Positions 12,304 to 23,560 of a DNA stretch of 64,000 nucleotides are shown one piece after another. The notes beneath the pieces were generated by a model. That model was not told the DNA's origin, made no database searches, and worked only from the letters and a program-made list of their open reading frames with translations. Numbering within the stretch: position 1 is the stretch's first letter; each line of letters opens with the position of its first letter. The stretch is from Negaprion brevirostris (lineage: Eukaryota). Position numbers and translations under genes: made by a program. The stretch lies in NCBI GenBank assembly GCA_030324005.1, contig JARDVH010000193.1, positions 100,234,864 to 100,298,863 on the forward strand, given 5' to 3'.

Positions 12304-14525
12304 AATTTGTATGTAGAAGGGGCTGAAAAAGGGGAAAGGCAACTCAAGAAGATGCTTGTGCAAATAAAACTTAAAATTCAGGGAAAAATCTCAGCTGAAA
12401 GATATCAGCAATATTACACAAAGTTTTCTGTTGATTTTTAGCTCATTACACATCTCACAAGAAACTAGAACTGTGGAGAATTGACATTTTGCTATTAGCA
12501 AAAGCAATCAATAGTAGTTACTTGCAAATTATTTTTCTATCATAAAATCATTAAATGTTATACAACATTAAAGTTCATTTAGCCGAAACTCAGAAATTGC
12601 AAATTACCTAAACTGGAGAGAAATGTCATTTTCCTTGATGGTCAGACCAATCAATAATGGCTACTGGCAATTTATTTTTTCAATCACAAAATCTTTGAAT
12701 GTTGTACAAAATTAAAGTCCAACTTCTCAGTGTTCCAAAACCATAATCTATCATTGTCATCACAGCATATAGCAAATGTTCCCTTGATTTCTATAAAGTT
12801 ATGTTTGATAAATAGGACGTGTGTCAGCTTTCACATATGGAGGCTTTCTGTGACATTTCCTGTTTAGTCACTTCAGTCACACTTCATATTATGGTCACTT
12901 TGTTTTCCAGTAAAGCAGTGGCAATAAACATAAAAGTACATCAACAAGGCATCAATCCAATATATGTTCCACAACAAAACTAACAAGAGAAAAAGAAAAA
13001 GAACACATTTTGTAGCAATTGTTACTGAGATTTCGGAGAAACGTTAGTTGTAATACTCCTTTAAATTTAAAGTTTGTTTATTAGTGTCACAAGTAAGCTT
13101 ACATTAAAACAGCAATGAAGTTACCGTGAGAATCTATTCACATGGAATGGGATAGGGTTTCTGCTTCATTTGAAACTATTCCAACCCAAATCACTCTAGA
13201 AATCATTAAACTATCAACAAATATAAAATCTACCATGAACCATCACAACTGGGATATATTTTTTAAAACATTGAAAATATTCCTTGATTTATTTGAGTGA
13301 TAATTGAAATAATAGAGCCAAAATTGTGTTTTTCACAAACGAAATTGCTGAAGTTCTGGTGACCTAATGTTTAATGTTGAAAATGACATTTTAAAAATGT
13401 ACAGTATCATTTCCTAGTTATCTTAGTGTATAATAGTCAGTTCTGTGATGTCATGGCAGCCAAAAGATTCAGTTTAATTTTTATCGCCACTTCGAAAGCT
13501 TTGCAAACGAGCGCAATTAGTGAAAACTCCCAATGGTAATCGATTCACCTGGAGTCGTGGCCAGTTTTATGGGCAGATCAGGTTCCTAGCATAATGTTAT
13601 TTAGAACTGAAGAGATCACAGAAAAGCGAGGTGTGCTGAACGCAATTTTACAATCTGTTTTGTTCATTCATTGATTCTGGATGAATTCCAAAAAAAATTA
13701 CAGAGCAACTGATCAGAACCCCCAGACCAATGTGTACGATTGACCATCCCGAATATTCCAAACTATATATTCTTGACAAGCTCCCAGTTGTTAACATTCA
13801 CAGCAGGTGAGTGAGGACTTTATGCAACACTGCAGATACGGAGAGAACTGTAGCAGCCATTTGAACAATCAGATTCACCGAAAGTAAATAGCCACCTGCT
13901 GAGTGATTGTCCTTTTTGAGTGTAAAAAATATGAAGGGGTTAAAAAATGCCAGAGTCATGTTAGCAGAGGGCATGGTTGTTAAAAAGCTGTCAAAAAAAC
14001 TTTTCAACTGGGTCAAGTCTGTGATAGATCTGAAAGATGTGCAGGCAAGAAATGTAGTCTAGTTACAAATAATAGAACAGCACAAAGCCCAAACTTTTAT
14101 TTGATTCATAACAGGTTAGAAGTGCTGGTCCTTGTCTTGGGTGTGAGATGATTCCCCAAGAGGGCAACTGCACAGAACTCCACTGAAAGACAGCAACAAG
14201 AATGAATGTTGTTTGTAGTATCAGTAAAAAGAACACGGTAGTCCTAAGAAATATTTTAAGTGTACAAATAACCACCAGTGCTATATGTCAGCTACTGTAC
14301 AAAATAAGGGGGAATAACAATGCACAAACAAGATGATCTGACAACAATCCTGCAGTAGTGGACATTATGAGCTAATTTACGCATGACTAAAGTACTAGTT
14401 GGTCAAGCAATTAAACTTAGTTGTAATTTTTAAAAAGCCTTTAAAGCATAGGGTAATTCTTTATTGTTGCGTAAACTGGCAGAGACTATCACCCATTGGC
14501 TACATAAGGGCTTCAATCAGCCTAA

Positions 14526-14692
14526 GGGCAGGATNNNNNTTGCCCCCCCCCCCCCCCCCCCCCCACCCCGTATCATGTGGATCAGGTTAGTATTGGGCGG
14601 AAAAGCAATGGGGTTACCCACCCATCATATTTTACGTGTCCGCCTGTCACAAATGGCCCCAGTGGAGGGGAGCAGGCTGCAAAATCCAGCTC
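14526..14692. mobile_element. Short Harbinger-type MITE with internal poly-C
   Basis: Ends gggcaggat... and ...aaaatccagctc are imperfect TIRs similar to those of other MITEs in the window. Confidence 0.5.
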
Positions 14693-15321
14693 CGTGACTG
14701 AATGTTGACAACACATTACGTTTTGGACTTAAGCGCATTTCCACAACGGAAACCAGCTAATGTAACCTCCTTTATGAATTTGATGTTGACAGGATTCCAA
14801 GCCAACAACAAAACAAATCAAGCCAACCACTGAAGAAATAATGAGACTTCCCTTTCGGGAAGGTAAGCAGCCCTAATCCCAAAGAAGCCAATCAACTTCT
14901 AAACCGACGTTGAAATACTGGCATGGCAAAGAAAAATAAGTTGCTGATGAGCTGAGAGCATTAAGAAAGACATTCTACTGAAATAATTCCTTTCATGTTC
15001 TACGAACATAACAAATAACCTAGGTGTTGTTTTGTAACCAATTACAGGGGTCGATCTGTAGAAAGAAATCGATAAATTCCTTTTTGCTAAGCAAGTGCGA
15101 AGAATACAGATAAATTAAAGAACAGTGTCCCGAAGAACATTTGTAACTGTAATTATCTACATTACAGCCTGAGGTGACCTGAATAAAAGATACGTGCATT
15201 AAACTTAAATGTGCCTCAGTACAATCATAATGAGCTTTGTGTATCTTAAATGACAATGTGGAGAAATCCTGTCAGAGAAGTTTTCTTGAGGAAATTAATA
15301 GCATAAACTTTTCAACTATAT

Positions 15322-16005
15322 TTGGTAGCATGGTGGTACAGTGTTTAGCGCTGCTGCCTCACAGTGCCAGGACCATAGGTTCAATTCCAGCCTTGGGTGA
15401 CTGTCTGTGTGGAGTATGCACATTCTTTTATTAATTAGTGTCACAAGTAAGCTTACATTAACACTGCAATGAATTTACTGTGAAAATTCCCCCTGCCCCC
15501 CATTGCCACATTTCAGTGTCTATTCAGATACACAGAGGGAGAATTTAACATGGTCAATTCACCTAACCGCATGTTTTTTGGACTGTGGGAGGAAACCAGA
15601 GGACCCAGAGGAATCTGACGCAAACATAGGGAGAACGTGAAGACTCTGCACAGATGGTGACCCAAGGCTGGAATTGAACCCAGGTCCGTGGCACTATGAG
15701 GCAGCAGTGCTAACCATTGTGCCAACGTGTCACTTCATGCCTCCCCATCTGCCTGGGTTTCCTTCAGATGCTCCGGTTTGCCCCGTGGTCCAAATATTTG
15801 CAGGTTATGTGACTGGGGAAGATAAATTGCCCCTTAATGTCTCAAGATATGTAGGTTAGATGGATTAGCCATGGTAAGTGTGCGGAGTTACAGGGATAAG
15901 GTGGGGGAGAATGCTTGGGTAAGACACCCTGTCAGAGAGTTGGTGTAGACTCGATGAGGGGAATATCGTCTTCTGCTCTGTAGTGATCCTAGGATTCTAT
16001 GATTT
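15322..16005 (+). mobile_element. HE1-type SINE (CR1 tail) hosting an antisense SINE
   Basis: Head at 15322-15425; body and tail resume near 15750 (gggtttccttcagatgctccggttt...aggattctatgatt). Confidence 0.8.
15426..15725 (-). mobile_element. HE1-type SINE, alternative tail
   Basis: Full head and V-domain; minus-strand tail ttttcacagtaaattcattgcagtgttaatgtaagcttacttgtgacactaattaataaa. Confidence 0.88.
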
Positions 16006-16671
16006 CTAAAGTGTATTAAAAAAAATGACTGATGAATTTGGCAGAACTGTCAATCAAGGAATAACTCACTGAGTAATATTCTCAAAGAGTGGGGGGTGTT
16101 CTCAGTCTCAAATAAAGCAGGTATTGTTCTCAAACTCCTAAAACGATGTCTTCAGATAACTTGATGGCACTTTTCTGATAACATGGATTTCCTATCACAT
16201 GAAAATGTTGAATACCAAATCCATCTCTGCTATTTCACGTTAAATATGTTAACCAAGTCACTCTGCATCTAGAGCCACACATTCACTGGTGTTCAAACAA
16301 CAATATATCCTGTTCTACTTGATCATCATATTGAACTATTCATTTTCGGAAATTATTTTTGATATTTTCTACTGGCCTTCTGAAGAAACCTCGGGAGTTT
16401 GCTCATTTTTCTTGCTTCAGCCATCTATGTCCTTCCTTATGGAACTGACGTTGGTTGTTGTTAGAAATACTTGACAAGAGCAAAAAGTTGATACTGAAAG
16501 AATGATGCTCACTGTAATCTCCTTCTGGATTTATTATCAAGGAATGGTGCCACATTTCTTTGCATCTGTTACATATAAACAACCTGACAGGGGTGGTAAA
16601 TTTGGGGAAAAAGAAAACCATACTCTCGTTGGGTGTCCTGATACAGATCGTAACTTGTGAGATTTTATAAC

Positions 16672-17983
16672 TGTTATGGTTAGGTGAGAAGTAAACCAAT
16701 GGCTCCATTCTTTTTTTGTTCCCTGCTTAACCACAACAAGTATTTTTTTAAGGAATTTTCTTGCCAATTCCATGAATGTTTAACTGCTATACTCTTGTGA
16801 CTGTAAAAATGCATGCACATACAGGCTTTCTTGTAAGTTTTAAAACAAGAGGAAATGGGATTAAATTTACAACAAGTCTAAAGAAAGCATCAAAACATTG
16901 ACTCTCATTCACACAAGAGTTCTCTGGAGCTGTGATTTCGACGAGTGGCTGCCTTTTGGTGAGTGTGCTGCATTGTAATTACTGTATTTTGACTTNNNNN
17001 NNNNNNNNNNNNNNNNNNNNNNNNNNNNNNNNNNNNNNNNNNNNNNNNNNNNNNNNNNNNNNNNNNNNNNNNNNNNNNNNNNNNNNNNNNNNNNNCAATG
17101 GGACGGCGGCGCGGGCTCGTTGGGCCGAAGGGCCTGTTTCCCGTGCTGTGTTGTTCTTTGTTCTTTGTTAATAGTTCAGGGGTTCATACACACACATAAA
17201 AGAGAGAAGGCATAAAGTGAAAGGTGAAGTTGAACTGTTGAAGAGCCCAGAAAAAGTCAATTGCAGACTTTGCTTCAGACTGGGCTCGACAGTATTCCTG
17301 GGTTCTGCTGATAGACGATTTTTAGCTTTTCTTCCGGAGTCAGCAGCTACTGGGTTGATTCTTTAAAATGCTGCCCGCAGCATGTTTCTGGTCAACCAAC
17401 AGGCACAGCACAAGGTTGCAGGAGTTCTGGAGACCGTGAAAGAGAGTGAGAGAGAGTACCCACTTGGCACGTTTATGATGTTGCACTCAAACTGTGTTTG
17501 ATCTTCTTTGGACTATCCTGGAGAAAAGCAGCTTCTTAAAATGCAGAGAGAGCTAGTTGGCTCATTGCATTATTTTCCCCGCAAACTGATCAGTTACCCA
17601 AACATGGTCATGAAAGTTGATTCCAGGTCTATTGCTCAAAAAAAAACTGGATTATTGCTAGAGGAGATCGTCTCTCAGCCAGGTCCACTGTCCATATTGA
17701 TTGATGCTAATGGCTTGGTCCATACCTACCTGACTAACAGATGCTAACCTGGATCTTTGTCGTTTAAGAGATGAATCGTTCTAAATTGATTGTCTTCGGT
17801 GGGCTATCTCTAGACAACCTGACCCTGTTCTAATGGCTTTGAAATTTGTGGGGTACAGTTATGCAGAATTCAGCCATTTTAGAAAATGCTGTTTAGCCAT
17901 TTAAAAATACTCTTCTTCAGTCTTTGCACTTATCCAATTCATTAAATACTGTATATTTTGATAAAAGTGTGGGTTTTGTAACA
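16672..17983. mobile_element. Possible solo LTR (Gypsy/ERV-like) with CR1 3' tail inserted near 17096-17168
   Basis: Begins TGTTATGG and ends TTGTAACA (TG..CA ends, TGTTA inverted). Non-coding interior. No TSD seen. Confidence 0.4.
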
Positions 17984-18937
17984 GCACCCAATTGCTGACT
18001 ATAACCTGTGACCTCCATGACTAGTTCTCAAGGGCTATAATGTTTTCCATTATTTATTTTTCTGGAAAAATGCAACTGAGTTTTTCAACGAGCATAATCA
18101 CTCATCCAATGGCTTCAGCTGATTGTAATTTATTTCTTAATTATAGAAAAATGTCACAGCAATGTCCTTTGGTGTGTTTAAATGTTTAATGGAACAAATA
18201 ATTTGTAGCATCTGTATGAAAACAAGCCGTGTTGATTGAAATCAAGATATGTCACTAAACCTTCTTGGCTTGACTACGACAGTCTCTGTGGAGAAACTGT
18301 CATCAAAACGGTAATTGTTTTTTGACTGCATTTGGTCTTTGGAAATTAATGCTTTATTGAAAATGGCAGATTGAGCAGAATTTAGAATCCTTTGAGAACG
18401 TGCATACCACAGTATCACTAAATATGACATGTAGTGCAACAATTATGAAAATTAGTGCTTAACCTCCTAAGGTCTAGGGCACTTCTGGTACCAAGTACCA
18501 TGGCAGAGTATCAAAAAAATTACAATTACATCAGGAAAGGAAAGCTGTTCTGCAGTATATTTAAAGCTTTAACAAAGCCCCTGATTTTAAATTTTAACAA
18601 TGATTCTAATTCCACAATTTGTAGCCTGGCTGATCATTACTCCCACTGGGTAGANNNNNNNNNNAACGTTCTGCAGAGTTCTGTATATCTGATGGTCTAT
18701 CATATCATGTAGCAGACATACAAAAAAATGATTTGACAGCCGTTGACTGAAATGTCTGACTCAGAAATAAAAGAGCTATGTGAGCCATTTTAAGAAGGAT
18801 GAGGAAAGAGAGAGAAGCATTTATCACACAACGACAGGTGCATCCATTTAGTTGTTATAGGGGTTTGGATCGATATTATATACTCGATCACAATGTTGGT
18901 GGCATAATAAAGCATTCTGCTGCATGAATACTCTTGT

Positions 18938-19258
18938 CATAGTATCATAGAATCCCTACAGTGCAGAAGGAGTCATTCGGTCCATCAAATCTGCACTGAC
19001 TCACCAACAGAATATCTTACCCAGGTCCACCACTCTGCTCTATCGCTGTAATCTTTGCATTTACCATGACTAACCCATCTAACCTACACATCTTGGGTCA
19101 CTAAAGGGGATTTAGTATGGCCAATCAACCTAATCTGCTCATCTCTGGACTGTGGGAGGAAACCGGAGCACCTGGAGGAAACCCGCACAGACAGTCACCC
19201 AAGGCTGGAATTGAATCCAGTTCCCTGGCGTTGTGAAGTAGCAGTGCTAATCACTGTA
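18938..19258 (-). mobile_element. HE1-type SINE (CR1-like tail)
   Basis: Head cagtgattagcactgct...ggattcaattccagccttgggtgactgtctgtg and tail cactgtagggattctatg. Confidence 0.88.
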
Positions 19259-19294
19259 CATTCTTACTATGGAGTAAAGAAAACACAAATTAAT

Positions 19295-19915
19295 GGACAT
19301 CTTCTGATTTGCAGCAGATAGTTCAGAAATCTTTATGGGGTTGTACAAGACATTGGTAAGGCTGCAATTGGAATACTGTGTACACTTCTGGTCATCCTAT
19401 TATAGAAAAGATATTACTAAACTAGAAAGAGTGCATAAAAAAATTACTAGGATGCCACCAGGACTTGATAGTTTGAGTTATAAGGAGAGGCTGGATTGAC
19501 TGGGACTTCTTTCTCTGGGGTGTAGGAGGCTAAAGGGTGATCTTACAGAGGTTTATAAAATAATGAAGGGCGTAGATCAGGTGGATAGTCATTATCTTTT
19601 CCCAAAGGTAGGGGGGTCTGAAACTAGAGGGCATAGGTTTNNNNNNNNNNNNNNNNNNNNNNNNNNNNNNNNNNNNNNNNNNNNNNNNNNNNNNTGGGGA
19701 GTGTCTGAAACAAGCTGCCTGGGTTGGTAGTGGAGGTGCGTACAATTTTGTCTTTGAAAGAAAAATGTTGACAGTTAGATGGATAAAATGGATATACAGG
19801 AATACGGGCCAAATGGGGGCAATTGGGACTAGCTGAGTGGTTAAAAACAAAGGGGCAGCGAGGACAAATTGGGCTGAAGGGCCTGTTTCTATGTTGTTAA
19901 CCTCTATGATTCTAT
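19295..19915 (+). mobile_element. CR1/HER1-like LINE 3' end
   Basis: LYKTLVRLQLEYCVHFWSSYYRKDI..LERV and ETRGHRF motifs; tail ctctatgattct. Same subfamily as the 4261 and 61495 copies. Confidence 0.92.
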
Positions 19916-20492
19916 AACGGACAAAAGGATGCTGCATGGATGAAATTTTCCGGAGCTACCGGTACTTACGAGGCTTTGTGGTAGGCAGGAGCAGGAATTT
20001 TGGAAAGAGGGAAATAATGGAATTCCCACTGATGAAAAATCCGTTTGGAACTTTGCTTGTGCTACTTTCATAGTGAACTGTTGGCAGGCCAGGTTTCCCA
20101 TGTTGGGAATGTCATTTGCATTCATTACCATGTCATGAATTCCTCAAGATCAACACCATTCGCTGAAATTATGTTTCTGGTCCCAAACTTGCACATCATC
20201 AGTGGGAAATTAGAACAGTCTAATCACATGTGAAAATAAGTGGCATGCAGCCGTTGACCCTCACTTTATTCTTGAGTTTGAGGTGAGGTATCCAAAGCCG
20301 ACCTCCAAGAGCACTGCTCCAGGTTCTCACTAATGCTAGTGAGGCATTATATTGTTGGGAGTGAAACACTGGAATCTATGGGTAATGGGGGCAAAGTGGA
20401 GGGGGAAAAGAGGGGTTGAAGAGGGGTGAAAGAAGAAGACATAGATGGACAATGGGCAATGACAGGGTTGGAGAGTGGGGCAACAATACCAG

Positions 20493-20852
20493 TAAGAAGT
20501 CTCACAACACCAGGTTAAAGTCCAACATAATAAGAAGTCTGACAACATCAGGTTTAAGTCCAACCGATTTATTTGATAGTAAACTNNNNNNNNNNNNNNN
20601 NNNNNNNNNNNNNNNNNNNNNNNNNNNNNNNNNNNNNNNNNNNNNNNNNNNNNNNNNNNNNNNNNNNNNNNNNNNNNNNNNNNNNCTTTATACGCTCTGT
20701 TTGTGAGCAGAACTCCCCACTCACCTGATGAAGGAGCAGCGCTCTGAAAGCTAGTGGTGTTTACCACCAAATAAGCCTGTTGGACTTTAACCTTGTGTTG
20801 TGAGACTTCAAACTGTGTTTATCCCAGTCCAACACTGGCATCTCCACATCAC
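20493..20852 (+). mobile_element. Penelope-like element pseudo-LTR with inverted partial copy
   Basis: A 34-bp unit occurs twice (20493-20526, 20531-20564) and is inverted relative to 20779-20809. Hammerhead core at 20725. Tail cccagtccaacactggcatctccacatca is shared with the 49672 and 62317 copies. Confidence 0.8.
20722..20756 (+). ncRNA. Minimal type-I hammerhead ribozyme motif (Penelope-associated)
   Basis: cac-CUGAUGA-a-GGAGC(agc)GCUCU-GAAA-GC-UA-gug: both core boxes, a 5-bp stem II, stem I cac/gug and an NUH triplet (CUA). Confidence 0.75.
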
Positions 20853-21729
20853 AACTATACCAGCCAAAGAGATGGGGAGTCTGGAGCCTCATATAGAAGG
20901 CTAGAACACAGATATAGAAAGGGGCAGGTGGGAATTGTATGAATGAGAGGAGATACAAGCTGATTCCAGAACATGAGGGTGAGCTGTCCTAGTAGCACAA
21001 GCAGGATAGGTTTCACAGAGACTAATGGAGATGGGGAATGGGAAAGGCTTACACATAAGAAGTTGGTCTCACAGAGACTTGTGGATTGGGAAAGGGAAAA
21101 AGTTTGCACGTGAGGAACAGGCTGTGGGGAGGCTCATGGAAGAGTGGGGAGGGAGACTGTGTCATCATTAAAGAAGGAATGGGAGAACTCATTCAAAGAC
21201 ATTTGTAGTCCTTGGTCCAGGGCCAAGAGGTCAGGGTGAGTGATTAAAGCCAGTCCTAGGGTTTTGTGGGCCATGCTACAAGGCTATGCATGGTAAGTAC
21301 ATTGTAGTTCATTCCGGGGAAGGCCAAGGGCTGTGTGCCGAATGGGATAAAGCTCCAGCTTGGTGTGCAAGGTGTGATTGTGGTCTTGCAGGCCGTGGCC
21401 ATGGACTTGTCTGGCTTGGTATTGGGCTGTAGGTGATATGGTCATCGTTAAGGGAGACATTTGCAACCTGTTATGTGTTCAGGTGGGAGGACTGGAATGT
21501 TAACCACAATTACAATAGGATTCAGGATTACTAGGAGAGGCTGGAGAGAATAACTAAAGGGCAATCTACCTGCAGGGACCCAAACACTTATATCGGTGAA
21601 AACTTGCCCAGCTTTGAGGGGAGGCCCAGGCTTAAGTCCATGATCCAGGGGAACTCCAGCAACACATAATGTATGAGGAGGTTGCACTCATCCATAGAGG
21701 TGAATGACATAACTATGAGTCTACTGCAT

Positions 21730-22560
21730 ATTTTCCCCTCTGCAGGTGAACAAAAGACAGTGCTGCACATGCCTGTGCTCCTCAAAAGATCTTATGGATC
21801 CTATCTGCCACATTCTGTGGGAGAATCTAATACCCCATGGGCTGAGGACATGTCCTGCCAATAACCCTGAAGATCACCGCCATGTTCAATCTTTTCTCTG
21901 TGTGTTGTTCCAGGGATCCACGCGAGACCTTCACTGCATCTCACAGTCCTCAAGGAGTACTGGCATGTTTCAAGGAGGTGGAAAATGCCATCTGCAGTAA
22001 AGTGCATTGTTGCGCAAAGTTAACATACAAGCTAACCCCGCGGCTTCCCTAAAGTACAGGGTGCAATAGATTGCACACATGTTGCTTCAAGAGCTCTGCG
22101 GCAGCAGCCCCTTATGTTCATTGATAGGAAAGGGTTTCATCTCTTGAATGATAAAATGTTTTGTCAACAGAAGCACACCGTGCACATTTTTGCAAAGTAC
22201 CCTGGAAAATCCTATAACTCACACATCTTGAGTCTCCTAGGAAGGGAAGGGACTCAGCAATTACAGTGATTGTTTGGGGATAAAGTGTACTCACTCAAAC
22301 AATGGCTCCTGACACTCATGCATTGTCTTCTGAATGACAATGCGGTACATAAGATGCGATCTTTCATTGAGTAGACTATTGGCACCATGGAGATGCATCT
22401 CTGATGTTTAGTTTGCTCAGGTGGGGCTCTGTAGTACTCTCCATAAAGGGTCCCTGCATCATCATTATCAGCTGCACTGTTTGTAACCTGGAGCTTCAAA
22501 GAAGGAAGTGGGAGACATGGAGGAGGCTGACAGCTGCTTGGACAGTGAAGAGCAGGAATC
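21730..22560 (+). pseudogene. PIF/Harbinger (HARBI1-like) DDE transposase relic
   Basis: GFPKVQGAIDCTHVA (from 22042), FIDRKGFHLLN, AKYPGKSYNSHIL, LFGDKVYSLKQWLLT and FIE*TIG; stops and frameshifts present. Confidence 0.88.
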
Positions 22561-22594
22561 TGGATTTGGAGGTGAAGGTCAGCTTTTGCCTGGG

Positions 22595-22675
22595 GTGACA
22601 CCTGTGGCACAGTGATTAGCACCGCTACCTCACAATGCCAGAGACCCTGGTGCTATTCTCGATTTGAGTCATTGG
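22595..22675 (+). mobile_element. HE1-type SINE head fragment
   Basis: gtggcacagtgattagcaccgctacctcacaatgccagagaccctgg. Confidence 0.7.
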
Positions 22676-22959
22676 GCATGATTTCACCATTGCATGGATT
22701 TAAATTGACTTAATAGGCTGCACGCCCAAGTTACCAGCACTTCCCCCTTTGCCCATTGCATCATCAGCCAGGTGTTCAGCATGGACCAGGCCTCTCACAG
22801 TCCTCCAGCTATCACAGCCTCCATAACCTGCTCAGTCGCACCTGTGATGTGTTCAGCAGTCTGTGATCCTGAATCTAATCATGAGCACTTACACACTGAT
22901 GTGGGCATATTTGTGATGGTGAAGGCTATGGAGGAATGATGTGGCAGTCTGAGGATCCC

Positions 22960-23560
22960 TGGTCCTTGTAAGAGATAGCTGGCTGACCCCTGAGTTCTGC
23001 TGCTAGTTTTGATTGTCTCTTTCCTGTTGTTTGTCTGTTTCTCCTGCAAATAGCAAGTGGAACACTGTTAACCATCCAATGAGGCTAATATAACACGTAT
23101 GCAAGTAGCATCACTTTAGAACGTGATGGGGGGATTATTAATGTGCTCAAGGGACTGTGTGGGACTGAACACAGACAGCTGGACTCCTCTCACTATGATG
23201 TACCCCTGCCTTCTCACAGAATAATGCTGTTTCTTTCACATCCTTTGTCACCAATTGGATGATAATTCCCTCCCCAATAAGTTAAACCTTTTTGCACTGT
23301 CAAATGCAAGCCCCAAAGAGGAAACTTACCTTGGGTAGATCATAGGTGAGCTCTAACCCATTTCATGCATCAGACCTCATAACTCAGGCCCTCCTCTGCA
23401 ATCTCCATCCAGGCTTGTTTGTTCAGGCAGGCTGAGCCGTTCCCTTCTTGCCATCCCTCAGGAGGGTGGTAGCCTCCTGTTTCCATGCAGCTTCCTGGAG
23501 AACCTGCAGGAAGGCATCCCCAAACTCTGGGATGACTATTGGTACCTGCAACCTGTGCAC
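22960..23560 (-). pseudogene. Harbinger Myb/SANT-like DNA-binding gene relic, spliced
   Basis: Exon with LNKQAWMEIAEE; donor AAG|GTAAGT at 23330/23329; acceptor TTGCAG|GAG at 23044/23043; exon 2 begins EKQTNNRKETIKT. Confidence 0.7.

Noticed and set aside
14944-14975. CTGATGA-GCTGAGAGC...GAAA hammerhead-like string
   Set aside because: Five extra bases separate stem II from GAAA, there is no stem I pairing and no Penelope context.
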